Shown: piece after piece, positions 28,190 to 46,412 of the stretch | How the letters are laid out: each line of letters begins with the position of its first letter | Numbering within the stretch: position 1 is the stretch's first letter | Source: the human T2T-CHM13v2.0 reference genome, Homo sapiens | Assembly (NCBI RefSeq): GCF_009914755.1 | Contig: NC_060944.1 | Strand: one strand, 5' to 3' | DNA length: 64,000 nt | Made by a program: the position numbers and the translations under genes | Notes under the pieces: generated by a model | What the model saw: the letters and a program-made list of their open reading frames with translations, nothing else | Database searches by the model: none | What the model was told of the DNA's origin: nothing

Positions 28190-28980
28190 TTGTCTATTGG
28201 CAGGAACAGCGCCAGGACGGCAGGGGAAGAGCTCCGTTTCCCTCCCTGCTCTGGCTCCCTTTAAAGGTGGCTGCCTCTCAGCCTCCTGGCCCACCCGGCC
28301 TTCAGGGCCACAGGCCTCAAGCCAGCTGGACACCTCACACCGGACAGCTCTGCCCTGGGAATCCTGGAACCCCCTGCTAGTAGGCGCCACGACCCAGGTC
28401 GAGGAATGCCCTCAGCACAGAGACTGTCCCCTGGGGCAGCTCGCCCTACTGCCTGATAAGGGCGGCTCCTTCGCGGCTCCCAGACTCTGGAGCCTGCGGG
28501 CTGGGCTGCAGCCAAACGCAGACACCCCTCTAATGCCGACAGCCTGGCCCCCTTACCCTGTAGCTCTCCGCCCTCAGGATGCATTCTTCCCCAGAAGCTC
28601 CCTGCCCACCCCCACCTGGAAGGCCTCCCTCGTCTGAATCAGGGCGCACACAGCTGAGTCTCCAGCGCGGACACCCCGTCACCCCAACACCCTTCTCCTC
28701 CCCCCGAACAACCGCTTACGATTTTTAGAAATCAGTAAAATACATGCCCAGCTCCAAACTTTTGGAAGCGCCTCAGAGTTTTGCAGAGCATAGCAGTGGT
28801 TCTGGGCTCCCCAGTGCACCCCAGACTTGGCTCCCTCCTGCCCAGCCCACAGCCGCGTCCCGAGAGTGAAGGGGAAGCACAGGCAGCCCTTTCCGCCGCC
28901 CCCGCTGGCATGACATCACCTTCCCCACGCCGAGAAGCTGAAGTCTTTCTCATTTTGTTTCATGCTCCAAGCGCAGCTTT
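28190..28980. promoter_or_regulatory. CpG-enriched, repeat-free candidate regulatory element
   Basis: About 35 CpGs in ~790 bp by manual count; GC boxes; CTGATAAG near 28453. Confidence 0.35.
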
Positions 28981-29004
28981 AAAAACCTTTCCTGGAGGTG
29001 GGGA

Positions 29005-29140
29005 GGGAAAATACCCAAAATATTAGCCGTGGCTACAGCTGGGTGTAGGATGCAGGGAGTTACTGTTTCCTTCTTTATACGTTTGTATTTTCCACAATGA
29101 CCACATTCTATTTTTTATTGTCAGGAAAACGAATGAGTGT
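29005..29140 (+). mobile_element. L1ME 3' tip
   Basis: atacccaaaatattagccgtgg...ttttattgtcaggaaaa. Confidence 0.45.
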
Positions 29141-29409
29141 TTTTTAAGTAAGCAATTTAGAAGCCTATTTGGTTGCCTTCAGCATTTTTCAGGGCCTCAG
29201 CTCGTTTCTGGAGCCAGCTTTTCAGCCGCTCTTCTCTCCGTTCTCTCGCTCTCTGAGTGGAGTTCTCTGCCTTCCACCCTTTGCTTCTGTCCTTTGAAAA
29301 TGTGAGCGAAGCACAGTTGCTTGTGCAAACCACACCAGCCTCCTGAGATCCTCTCGATTTTCCTTCTCACTGGGAATATTTTTCATCAGAATTTATTCTC
29401 CCAAACTAA

Positions 29410-30024
29410 GAAAGGGACCTCATGTCCCCGCTCATCTGATGCACTGAGAACACAGCATCATTTTCCCAGTATTCTTGCCAAGAATACACAACCTGAGGCT
29501 TATCATGAGGAAACATCAGGCAGACCCAAACTGAAGGACATTCTACAAGAAAACTGCGTGGACTCTTCAAAAATGTCAAGGTCAGGAAAGACAAAGAAAG
29601 CCCAAGGAACTGTCGCCGATTGGAGGAGATTAGAGACAGGGCAACCAACTGCAGCACGTGATCTGGGATATTGTGTTGCTATAAAGGACATTACTGGGAC
29701 AGTTGGTGACATCTAAATCTGAATACGGTCTGTAGATTAGCTAATTGTATTGAATCAGTGTTCGTTTCCTGACTTAGTCACTGCACTGTGGCTGTGTAGC
29801 AGAATGTCCTTTACTTTTTAGGAATTATACACTGAAGCTTTGGGAGATAGAGGGCATCACATCTGCAATTTACTCTCTTATGATTCAGAAAAATATATAT
29901 ATTTGTACACACAGACAGAGAAAACAGTAAGGCAAATGTGGCAAAAATGTTAATATTTGGGGAATCTTGATGAAGAGTTTAAAAAAAAATCCTTTTGTTC
30001 TGTTCTTAGAATTTTTCTGTAAGT
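29410..30024 (+). mobile_element. L1MC4/5 3'UTR
   Basis: atcatgaggaaacatcaggcagacccaaactgaaggacattctacaa. Confidence 0.85.
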
Positions 30025-30231
30025 CCCTTTGCTTCTGACCTCTGGGTTAATGCAGTTGACACAACAGCCTGACTCCTAGGCTGACTGCTGACTAATTCTT
30101 TGCTTGATGCTCTTGACCTTGGACTGTGTCCTCCCCCGATTTAGCCCCTGTAGAGACAGTGAGCAGGAAGACTAGTTTGGTGAATAATAAATCCGCTGTC
30201 ACTGCCACCATCACCACCAACAGGGGCAGAG

Positions 30232-30452
30232 GGACTTTTGCTGAGCACTCACTATGTAAGTCAATGCTCCCATACCCTGAGTGATGTACACAGTACTTCA
30301 CTCAGTCCTCACAGTAGTCTTCTGAGGTTGCCATTACAATCCCCAATCTACAGATAAAGAAACTGAGGCTCAGAGAGATGAACTCACTTACCTAACGTCA
30401 CAGCAGCTATTAAGTGGCAAGGCCAGAATTGACCCACAAATCTCTAGAACCC
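30232..30452 (-). mobile_element. MIR
   Basis: acagataaagaaactgaggctcagagag...taagtggcaaggccagaatt. Confidence 0.8.
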
Positions 30453-30571
30453 CACAGTCTTACACTAATCTGCCCTGACACTGGTAAGGAGACTGACTGG
30501 CTGTACTCTGTTCTGATATTTTCTCTCCTGATTCTCCTTTGCTGAAATAATAGAAACAAAAATAATTGTAC

Positions 30572-31089
30572 CAGCCATAAAAAAATGAAATCCTGTCATT
30601 TTCAACAACATGGATGAACTTGGAGGACATCATATTAAGTGAAATAAGCCAGACACAGAGAGACAAATACTGCATGATCTCACTCATATGTGGAATCTAA
30701 AAAAAAAAAAAAAAAAAATTGATCTCATAGAAGAAGAGTCAGAGAGTCCAACAGTGGTTACCAGAGCCTGGGAAGGGCAGGGGAGAGGGGAGGATGGGGA
30801 GAGGTCGGTCAACAGGTACAAATTACAATTAGATGGGAGGCATAAATTCTGGGGTTCTGTTACACAGTAGGGTGGCTATGGTTAACAGTAAGATATTGTA
30901 TATTACAAAATAGCTAGAGGAGAGGCTTTTGAATGTTCTCACCACAAGGGAATGATAAATGCCTAAGGTGATTGACATGCTAACTACCCTAATTTGACCA
31001 TTATACAATATATGTATTAAAATATCAAACTGCACCCCATACCTATGTACAATGATAATGTGTCAATTAAACTAATTAATTTTAAAAAA
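30572..31089 (+). mobile_element. L1MA6-9-type 3' end
   Basis: aacatggatgaacttggaggacat...gaatgttctcaccacaa...tgtcaattaa. Confidence 0.9.
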
Positions 31090-31100
31090 TTATTATAAAG

Positions 31101-31583
31101 CTATGCTGCTCCATAGAGTGACCACATGTAGCTGTTTAAATTTAATAAGGCTGGGCATGATGGCTCATGCCTGTTATCCCAGCACTTTGGCAAATCAAAG
31201 CAGAGAATTGCCTGAGGCCATGTGTTCAAGACCAATCTGGGCAACACAGTGAGATCCATCCCTAGAAAAAATAATTTTAAAATGAGCTGGGTGTGGTGAT
31301 GCTTGCCTATAGTCCTAGCTTGACTGGGAGTTTGAGGCTGCAGTGAGCTATGGCATGCCACTGCACTCCAGCCTGGGCAACCAAGCTGAGCTCTGTCTCT
31401 AAAAATTAATCAGTTAATTAATTAATTAATTAGAATTAAGTAAAATCTGAAATTCAGTTCCTCAGTCTCACTAGCCACATTTCAACTGCTGATTAGCTCC
31501 ATGTGGCTTGTGGCTACAATTATTGGACAGAGCAGATTGTAAAACATTTCTAACACGGCAAAAAGTTCTATTGGACAATGCCG
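31101..31583 (-). mobile_element. MER3 hAT-Charlie MITE split by Alu
   Basis: aattcagttcctcagtctcactagccacatttcaa...aaagttctattggaca. Confidence 0.85.
31149..31405 (+). mobile_element. AluJ with internal deletion
   Basis: Alu dimer missing part of right arm. Confidence 0.9.
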
Positions 31584-31986
31584 TTCCAAAAACTTTTACA
31601 TGTGTTCATGAAGATACAAAAAATGAAAAATAAACAAAAAAAAATTTACATACCCTTCACTGACCAAGATAATTTTTTATTCAAAGTTAACTTATTTTTA
31701 AGATAAAACTTCAAACACAAAATTGACTTCAACACTGTTCTCACTTGTCACACAGAAACCAACTTTTCAGCCGCGGCAGCATCAGGTGTTAGGGAGAGAC
31801 ACCTCCTGGCAGCACATGGAATTACAACCTAGCACAATCAGACACTGGAACCAGCCAGGGACTGGGTTTCAGCAGCCATCGGTGGAATACCAGGAGATTC
31901 CCAAGAGTGGGAGAAAAATCCCATACCAAGAAACAATCATGGATAAGGCACCAGGAAGACATACTAGGTTACAAAAGCCCATCCAA

Positions 31987-32071
31987 GGCCAGGCGCAGTG
32001 GCTCACGCCTGTAATCCTAGCACTTTTGGAGGCCAAGGCGAGCAGATCACTTGAGGTCAGGAGTTCGAGAC
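31987..32071 (+). mobile_element. Tailless 5' Alu fragment with 15-bp TSD
   Basis: acaaaagcccatcca at 31971-31985 and 32070-32084. Confidence 0.9.
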
Positions 32072-32423
32072 AAAAGCCCATCCACCACCAGACATAAATC
32101 TCCTGTGTCACATCCCTCAAGCCATGCATGGCTGCACAGAGATACATAATAATAAGTGTCGGTCATTTGAATAAATAAATGATTGATTGATTAATTCTGA
32201 TTATTTCAGAACTCTACCATTAAGCATTTTATTGTCTTCTTTAACATTCTTTTTCAGTTGGACACATATTATGAAGGGAATGTAGAGCTGGGATTTACTG
32301 CTTCAAACAACTTAGCTGACACAGAAGTGTTCGATGATCAAGGAACGTCTGGACTTTAGCAAAATCATCAAGAACAAGAAAACATCAAGATGAGTTTCTG
32401 GTAAAGCATAAAAAGAAGTTCCT

Positions 32424-32726
<303 letters not shown>

Positions 32727-33349
32727 ATGTTCCCATTTTTTTTTCCTTTGGCCCAAGATGGTGGAAATGAAAGATGGCTTACTGGATTGGGAAATGGATT
32801 GGACCCTAAATCATTCTTTATCCACTCGTTCCACAGATACTGATTGGGCCTCTTGGTAGCCAGGCGGCGGGATGATGAGTAGTGCTGGAGGCCACTTAGC
32901 TGAGTTGTGCACACAAAATAACACAATGCACAAAAGGTTTATCTTCAGGAACTCATCCCGGGTAGAACAAGTGCTCAGCAGAGATCTGGGCTGGTGAAGG
33001 CAGCTTGCGGTCCCTGACTCTTCTGAGAACCTGGGGATCCAGGTTCAGGGAGACCAACGCTATTGGATACAAATCTTGAATTTAAAGAAATTGGGATGTA
33101 AATAATGATGCAATCCCCGAGGCTCATGGAGTACCCCAGTGACAGGAGAGGTTTTCCATGGGATTCAAGCAGGCTAATCAGCAAGACAATCTGGGCTGTC
33201 TCAGTGAGCCGTGGCCTGAGGCTACTTGTGGGCCACCTGTCCAGAATTGGAGGGGTCCCAGGGTCTGATGTAGCTTCAGAGAGATGGAATAGTAAAGAGG
33301 ATCATGCATTGCAAAGTCCACAACAGCCCCCCAAAACAAGGACAGTCCC

Positions 33350-33430
33350 CTTATTTGATGAACTTTTGTTGGGTTCCTGTCTTGTGCCGAGCTGTGTGCT
33401 AGGTTCTGGGGAGACAGAGACCAATAAGCT
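33350..33430 (-). mobile_element. L2 3' fragment
   Basis: tgtgccgagctgtgtgctaggttctggggagacagaga. Confidence 0.5.
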
Positions 33431-33597
33431 TCAGAGACCTGAGAAGTAGGGTCCTTCTCTTCTTCATCACTTTCTTCACAAACCCACTTCAGTTTCCTCT
33501 TAACTCCTGGCATGAGTAAGGTGCTATTTCATAACCCTTTTATCTTTATTAAAGGTGTCAGGTATCCAATAGGAAAAAAAATGCACAAATGAATTTA

Positions 33598-33975
<378 letters not shown>

Positions 33976-34439
33976 TTACAGGGAAATGCAAATTAGACCC
34001 ACAATATGCTGTGACTATACACTCCCTAGAATGGCTAAAATTAAATTTCTGAAAATATCAAGCATTGGTGAGGATGTGGAGGAAGTGAACTCTTACATGC
34101 TGCTGGTGGAAGTATAAACCAGTACAAGCACTTTGGAGAACCATTTGGCAGTTTCTTCTAAAATTAAACATACACTCACCATGTGACCAAGCAGTTCCAC
34201 TCCTGGGTATATACCCTGAAAGAAATGAGTGCGTACACACACCAAAAAACATGTACAAAAATACACATTGCTGCTAAATCGATAACAGCCAAAAACTAAA
34301 TACAACTCAAATGCCCATCAATAGAAGAATAGATAAATACATTGTGGTGTACAGCACAGCAAGAAAAATGAATGGGTTGCTCTTACGTGAAATATGAATG
34401 AATCTCAAAAACACAATATTGATCACAAGATATCAAATA

Positions 34440-34762
34440 AGCCAGGCACAGTGTGGCTCACACCTGTAATCCCAGAACCTTGAGAGGCTGAGGCCAGAGG
34501 ATCCCTTGAGTCTAGGAACTTAAGACCAGCCTGGGCAACATAGGGTGACCCCATCTCTACAAAAAAATTTTTTAAAAATTAGCTGGGTGTGGTAGTGTGC
34601 ACCTGTAGTCCCAGTTCCTCGGGAGGCTGGAGCGGGGGCACCGCTTGAGCCCAGGAGTTCAAGGCTGCATTGAGCTATGGTCACACCACTGCACTCCAGC
34701 CTGAGTCACAGAGGACTAAGACCCCTTTTTAAAAAATAAAAATAAAAAATAAAAAAATAAAA
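34440..34762 (+). mobile_element. AluJ
   Basis: Dimer with (AAAAAT)n tail. Confidence 0.92.
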
Positions 34763-35539
34763 GGCAAAACTTATCTACATATGATGAGAGAGGTCAGAAT
34801 AGTGTCTACTTGTTTAGGGCAGTGGGAGATGGGGATTGAGTGAGAAAGGGCCTGAAGGAACTTACTAGAATGATGGAAATGTTCTCTATCCTGATCTTGG
34901 TGGTTGTTACATGAGTGTATACATAGGTAAAAATTCATTGAGCATCCACTTAAGATTTGTGTATTTTACTATATGCAAATTATGCATCAATAAAAGAGCA
35001 AAAACAATCAAAACTCTTAGGTGACCACACCTGATATAAGCATGGCTGATACATTAAAAAGCTTGCATATATTACAATGAATACCATCATTTGGGAATTT
35101 AATATAATTTTGTAACAGCCTCAGAAACAGTCATATTCCAGAGGCCCTTGGCAACAGCTTTGTTGCTTACAGCTCACCAGCACCAAAAGGGACCCGTCGC
35201 TTTCCAACCAAGGGGGCTGTGGCCCTGCCCAGAACTCTCAAGGGATCCACCTTTCTGGGTCGAACTCTCACAGCTCCCAGAGTACCTGGGGCCAAGCACG
35301 TGAGCTGCCAGCAGGCCTTAGCACCCTGGGATGCCAGACCTGCTCAAACTTGGAGAGGGTCCTACAGGTCCTTGGAGGAAAATTACAAGCCCCAAGTACA
35401 CTGGACACACAGAGTTTGCCTGTGATGAAAACTTAGATGAAGGAAGAAGCCCTTTAGGAGGGTCTTTCTTGTCTTCTGCAGATGTGCGGCTCTAGCCGTG
35501 CTGCAACGCAGACCATGGACCAGGAGCTCCCAACCTCAG

Positions 35540-35882
35540 CTGCACAGCACAGGGGAGCATTGGAACATGGGATGCCCGGACCGTCTGACCCACACCAACT
35601 GAATCAGAATCTTTAATATGGTGTTTCTCAGAGGGCCCCCTGGAGCCACAGCAACATTGTCACCTGGGAACCTGTTAGAAATGCACATTCTCAGGCCCCA
35701 CTTCAGACCCACTGAATTCTGTGGCCAGCCCCAGCAATCTTTGTTCTGACTGTTCTCACAGTCCCTGCCAGGGGTTCTGATGCATGTGGAAGTGTGGGAC
35801 CTAATTAGAAACTGCATTTCTAGCAAGTTTCCAGGCGGTGCAGATGTGGCTGCTCTGGGGACTACACTCTGAAAACCACCAG
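35540..35882. mobile_element. MER5A/B hAT MITEs, apparently nested
   Basis: actgaatcagaatct; cacctgggaacctgttagaaatgcacattctcaggcccc; ctgcatttctagcaagtttccagg. Confidence 0.75.
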
Positions 35883-36469
35883 AGTCTAACTGTCTAATGG
35901 GTAGAGCCAAGCTCTGGGAGAGAGTGGGGGAAATTAAAAGCTACCCAGGTGAGTGGCTCTGATGCAGGTGAGAGTAATTAGCATTGCCATAGCCTCTCAT
36001 CGTCTCATCTGACAAGAGGTACACAGCTGGAGAGGGAGCTCACACAGGTGAGGGCGTTACAGGAGAAGAAATACCATCTCCTCAATTTGACCTGTCTGTG
36101 GTCTCTTCATTTCTATAACACTGCAATTTGGGGTTCCTGGTACGGCAGAATTTAGGTTCTAGGTGCCTAGCCCTGAGAATTTGTTCTGGCAATATTGAAG
36201 CTGGAGACGTTTTTGTTAGAACACTTTGCATAAAAGCCTTTATGGGGAAGGGGACCTGATTTTACCTTAAAAAGCTAATTTTTGGCCCGAGATAGATGAG
36301 ACTTAGAAGGGGAGAGGAAGTAAAGGAGGAGTAAAGAGAATGAAAAGAAGAGATGATGTGCAGGGCTGGGGAGGAGAGAGCAAATGGGGAGGAAGAGAAA
36401 GAACTGTGAGAGAAGGACTGAAAGATCGTCTCTCCTTTCCAAGGAGCGTCCGCCCTCTCTCTTTTTTTA

Positions 36470-36963
<494 letters not shown>

Positions 36964-37448
36964 CAATAAAAATTATTTTAAAATTTTTTTAAAAGAATGA
37001 GTTAAAGGAGACCCCAAAGGAGTGAGTGGGGGCTGGAGGCCAGGCCCACCATGGCAGAGGGTCAGACTTCATCAGGGTGAAAACTTCCTGCTGTGAAAAG
37101 CCAAACTACAGACTGGGAGAAAATGTTCACAGCACCTGTATCTGAAAAAGGATTTGCATTCCAAATACATAAAGAACCCATACAACTCACTAATAGGAAG
37201 GCAAACAGTGAAAACTGAGCAAAAGACATGAACAGACACTTCACAAAGGACATGCAAATGGCCAGCACGCACAGGAAGAGATGCTCACCCTCAGTAGTCT
37301 TCAGGGAGATGCAGAATGAAACCACAGTAAGATGCTACCTCACACTCACAAGCATGGCTGAAAATAAAAAGATGTGTAATACCAGTATTGGTTAGAATGT
37401 AGGGCAGCTGAAACTCCTAGCTCACTGGCAGGAACTTAAAATAGTACA

Positions 37449-37755
37449 GGCTGGATGCAGTGGCTCACGTCTGTAATCCCAGCACTTTGGGAGGCCAAGA
37501 CGGGCAGACTGCTTGAGCCCAGGAGTTTGAGACCAGCCTGGGCAATGTGGCAAAACCCCATCTCTACTAAAAATACAAAAAATTAGCTGGGTGTGGTGGC
37601 ATGCATCTGTAATACCAACTACCCCAGCAGGCTGAAGTGGGAGAATCACCTGAGCCAGGGAGGTCGAGACTGCAGTGAGCTGTGATCATGCTACTGCTCT
37701 CCAGCCTGGGTGATAGAGTGAGACCCTGTCTCAAAAAATAAAGATACAAATAAAA
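37449..37755 (+). mobile_element. AluJ
   Basis: Dimer; TSD taaaatagtaca. Confidence 0.94.
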
Positions 37756-37907
37756 TAAAATAGTACAACTGCTTGGGAGAACTACTGGAGTTTATTTTAA
37801 ATCTAAACAAACACCCACCATTTGACCCAGCAATTCTACTGTTATGTATTTACTGAAGTACCATAAAAACATAGGCCCACAAAAAGACTTGTACACAAAT
37901 GTGAATA

Positions 37908-37999
37908 GGCGTAAGTAGCTAGTGGCCACCATAATGCTGTTGGATTTGATTGCTCAAAAGCTTGTGGAAGTCTACATTGGAATAATAGGTTGCCTTTTT
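37908..37999 (+). other. Unidentified 92-bp insertion flanked by a 26-bp imperfect duplication
   Basis: Flanks 37882-37907 and 38000-38025 are 21/26 identical; insert reads GGC...GCCTTTTT. Confidence 0.6.
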
Positions 38000-38471
38000 A
38001 AAAGGCTTGTATCCAAATGTGCGTAACAGCTTTATTCACGATTGCTAAAAATTGGAAACAATTCAAGTAATCCATCAACTAGGAAATGGGTAAACAAAAT
38101 TTGTTCTCTTCATAGAAAGGGATAGTAATAAAAAGATTGAAATTACTAATAGATGCAACAACATGGATGAGTCTTAAAATCACTGTGTAAAATAAAAGCT
38201 GGATGCAAGAGTACCTACCATATGATTCATTTATATAAAATTTTTAAACAAAGAGAACTAATTTATAGTTACAGAAAGCAGATCAACGATGAACTGGGAC
38301 TGAGGTGACTGCAAGTGGGGGACTAAAACACTTTCTGGGGTGATGGACAGGTGTTATATCTTGTTTAGGTGCATGCATTTGTCAAAAGTTGTCCAACTGA
38401 ATGCTTAAAATGTATGAATGAGTTTTATTGTATGTAAATTATACCTCAATAACGTTTATTTAAAATGAATT

Positions 38472-39052
<581 letters not shown>

Positions 39053-39803
39053 TCAAAGAAGTAAGAAGCTTGGTGGCCACAGACAGCAGAGAGTTAAAAG
39101 AGCCAAGGGGGCCAGCCAGTAAGATTAATGCCTGGAGAGGGCTGTAGGATGGGGCCCGAGTGGAGAAGTGACTCCTGAGAGGCCAGTTCTGAAGGTGGGT
39201 TGAGGGGTGATAACTTGGGCTGAGGGAGCAGAGAAGGAGCCTTCGGCAGCTTTGTCAGGGAGCCTGGGGAAGGAGAGTGGGCTCCAACAGGAGGCTGCTG
39301 GGAGAACCCCAGGGGAAACCCACCTGGTGGCCTCAATCTCCTGACACTGTCTTTCACGTCTTCATTCCTACACAGGGATAGATATTGCTATTTGACCACT
39401 GCCCCTGCACAAGGTGTGCCAAAAGTCCCCAAGCCCCTTTCCCATAAGAAGTTTACTGTATGTTTGCACTGAGGAAAGCTAAATAAGCTAGGTGAATTCC
39501 CCACCCCAAATTCCTAGGGATGCCGCTGGCTTGCCCCACCAAATCGGTCTCTCCTATCTGCCTGTATTGCTGGTGGGAATGTACTTTGGTTTGACTTCCA
39601 TAGGAGCTGGTTTGGCAAAAACTATCAAAACTACAAATGCACACTGGAGGTACAAATACAACAGGAGGTATTTATGCTACGATAAACTTGCACACGGATG
39701 AAACCATGTATGTACTTGGTTATTTGTTGCCTCATTGTGATGCTGTTTGATCAAAACAGACCCAAATGCCCCTCAAGAAGGCCATTAGATAAATACTAAT
39801 ATG

Positions 39804-40417
<614 letters not shown>

Positions 40418-40432
40418 TAAGTATGTATATTC

Positions 40433-41559
<1,127 letters not shown>

Positions 41560-41577
41560 TAAAGGTATGTGTATGGA

Positions 41578-41869
<292 letters not shown>

Positions 41870-41890
41870 GGTATATGGGGTAGGGTGTAA

Positions 41891-42625
<735 letters not shown>

Positions 42626-43590
42626 AAGTGGGCCGCACACAAGGATACACAAGAAACTGATAATAGTGGTTACACATTTGAAGGGCAGGGGATAGAGGTG
42701 AATGAAAACCAAGAAGTTGTGAACAGGGACTTGGGAAGACGTTTTTAGAAATTTTTTCATCTTTATTTTTTAAATTTTAGAAAGATATGAATATATTGCC
42801 CATTCAGAAACAAACAAACAAACAAAAAACCCTAGGTTCTAAGAGTGATTGTAATTCATTTAAGGAGTGGTTTCCCCCTATTTAGGAAAAGATGGATCGT
42901 GCCTCATTAGCAAGGCCTAGTGGGATTCAGCCCTGAGGGAGGTGCAGGAGATTTTATCATCATCTTTGTCAGCATCACTGCACTTTCTACAGAGAAGGTT
43001 ACAGAACAGGGTCAGGTCGTCGCCCTTTCTACTTTGCTTAGAGGGACGCTTACAGCCTGTGTCAGCTGTCAGTCCCAAGACCTCTGTCTCCCCAGTCTCC
43101 TCCAGCCTCCAGAAAAACAAAGGCAGCTGTGGAGGGTAGAGGATGGGCTAGGGGTGGGACCCAAGACTCACTGGACAATGGAAACCTTTCCCCTTCAAGC
43201 AGATGTCAGGATTATTATTTGCACTTTGCATGTGGAAAAGAAGGACTGTAACACGCTGACAAATGCCTGCATCTTGTTCTAAAATTCCTGACTTGTTGCC
43301 AATAAAAGAATCAAAGTGCTTTCTAGCTCAGAGAAAAAGCTGCTGCTAATTTGAAGAAGATTCCAGAATAGAAATTCAGGTCAACCAAAGGTTTTTCAGA
43401 CAGAGTTGATGAGCAGGTCTTACATGGCCTGAAATTCAAAGATACAAACCAGAGAAAGAAGAGATCAAAGCTCTTGTCCTGGGGACACATTAAAAACTAG
43501 ATCTGGACACATCTCAGTTCTGGAGCCAAGCAATTCCTCCCTCAGGGTGTCGAAGCTAGTCTTCTCCTCAGCCTAGAGCCCTCCTCTCTA

Positions 43591-44582
<992 letters not shown>

Positions 44583-44841
44583 GGCTCAGAGAGACCTTCT
44601 CCGATCATCCAAAATATACAGTCCATCCAATGTATCTAACATATTTCCTATTTTATTCTCTTCATAGCACTGACCACAAATGAATTCTTACTTATTTGCT
44701 TATCATCCTTCTCTTCCAGCTAGAATGTGCTCTCATGGTACAGTCGTACTGTTTTTTCTCCCTATGTCCCCAGTGTTTAGAACAGTTACTTAGTACACAG
44801 CAGGTGCTCAATCAATATAGGCTCAGTTAATGAAAAAATGA
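44583..44841 (+). mobile_element. L2 3' end
   Basis: ctagaatgt...ccccagtgtttagaacag...caggtgctcaatcaatat. Confidence 0.75.
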
Positions 44842-44847
44842 TTAAAA

Positions 44848-45400
44848 GTTAAACTTGAGATGTCTGTGAAATATCCAAGGAGTGGTGTCAAGAAGAGAGT
44901 TGTCAAGTAGTCAAGTGTGGGAAAGATCCAACCTAGAGGTACATATTTGGGTATTACTGGAACAAACTCAGTTTTTTTAAAATTGATAAAAATTGATGAC
45001 AACAGCAAAGGAGAATTTAAAGAAGGAAGAGCCTGAGCTCCAAGGAGCCCAAAATTTACAGGTTGGGTGGAGAAAAGGGAACAAGCAAAGAAGAGTGAAA
45101 GAGATCAGTGAGGTAGAAGGAAATCCAAGAGATAAGTTATCCCAGAGGCTAAGAGACAAGACTGTTTCAAGGATGAGGAAGCAGCCACCTATGTGGAACA
45201 CCACCATTGGAATTGCCAGCATGGAGATTGTCTGGGCCCTGATAAGAGCAATTTCAAGGCAGCGGTGAGGGCAGAAACCACTGGTGGATGGGAGGTGAGG
45301 CAGTGGGAGCACTGAGTGTCAATGACTTCAGAAGTTTAACTGAGAAGACCAGCAGATAAATTGGATGTAGCTATAGGCAGATATAGCTCAAAGAAAAATT
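44848..45400 (-). mobile_element. L2 RT-region fragment (probably continues at 46430-46870 and 47840-48060)
   Basis: Minus ORF SGFCPHRCLEIAL...LILETVLSLSLWD resembles L2 RT QSGFRPHHSTETAL...LLLETLSSLGF. Confidence 0.75.
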
Positions 45401-45403
45401 CTT

Positions 45404-45650
45404 AGCCAGGCGCAGTGGCTCACACCTGTAATCCTAACACTTTGGAAGGCCGAGGGGAGCAGATCACCTGAGGTCAGGAGTTTGAGACCATCCTGGCCAA
45501 CGTGGTGAAACCCTGTCTCTACTAAAAATACAAAATTGCTTGAACCTGGGAGGCGGAGCTTGCAGTAAGCTGAGATCGTGCCACTGCACTCCAGCCCGGG
45601 TGACAGAACAAGACTCCGTCTTAAAACAAAAAAAAAAAAGGAAAAATAAA
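45404..45650 (+). mobile_element. Alu with ~60-bp internal deletion
   Basis: aaaatacaaaatt joined directly to gcttgaacc. Confidence 0.92.
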
Positions 45651-45701
45651 AGAAAGGTTCTTTTTCTGCTCAACTTTTTATTTTTTTATTTTTATTTTTT
45701 T

Positions 45702-45850
45702 AAATTGGAAGAATTATATTACCAGATTTTAATACTTATTACAAAGCTATAGTCATCTTGACTTATGTGGTATTGGCAAAAGGAGAGATGTACAGATCAA
45801 TGGGAGAAAATAAAAAGTCTAGAAATAGACCCATACCAATATGGCTAATT
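45702..45850 (+). mobile_element. L1M ORF2 fragment
   Basis: ttattacaaagctatagt...gtggtattggc...ctagaaatagaccca. Confidence 0.75.
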
Positions 45851-45854
45851 CCTA

Positions 45855-46412
45855 AAAATGAAAAACCTACAGAAAAGTTGAAAGGATAGAACAATGAACA
45901 CTTCTGTACCCTTCACTTTAATCATTTGTCAACCCTTTGTCACATTTAATTCCCATGCACATACCCGCATGTATTCACTTTGGGGTAAATCACTGGAAAT
46001 AAAGTTGCAGACCCCCCTGTATATCAGCATGCTTTTCCTAAGAACGAGCTCATTCTCCCACATGACCTCATGATATATCCCACTCAAAGAAATTTAGCAT
46101 CAAAGTTATCTAATAAAGAGACCATATTCACATTTCCCCAAATGTTTAAAAATGTCCTTTGTAGCTTTTTCTCTGGTCCAGCATCCGATCAAGAGTCATG
46201 CATTCCATTTGGTTGCCACATCTCTGTAGTCTCCTTTAATCAGAAACAGTCCCCTGTATTTTTCTGTCTTTCATGCCACTGACATTGGAGAGTTTGGGCT
46301 GGTTGTCACGTAGCATGTCCCACATTCTGGATTGTCCTGATTTTTTTGTCATGATTGGATTCAGGTTAAACATTCTTGGCAAGAATATCACAGAGATGAT
46401 ATGAACTCTTAA
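45855..46412 (-). mobile_element. L1MC5-like 3'UTR
   Basis: ctacagaaaagttg...catgattggattcaggttaaacattcttggcaagaata. Confidence 0.8.

Larger units (their letters stand above)
37070..38465 (+). mobile_element. Old L1M (L1MD/ME) ORF2 end and 3'UTR
   Basis: cagactgggagaaaat, gcaaaagacatgaacagacacttcac, tgtaaattatacctcaat. Confidence 0.85.

Noticed and set aside
28891-28910. Possible CTCF site ccgccgcccccgctggca
   Set aside because: Spacing does not fit the CTCF core; better read as a GC box.
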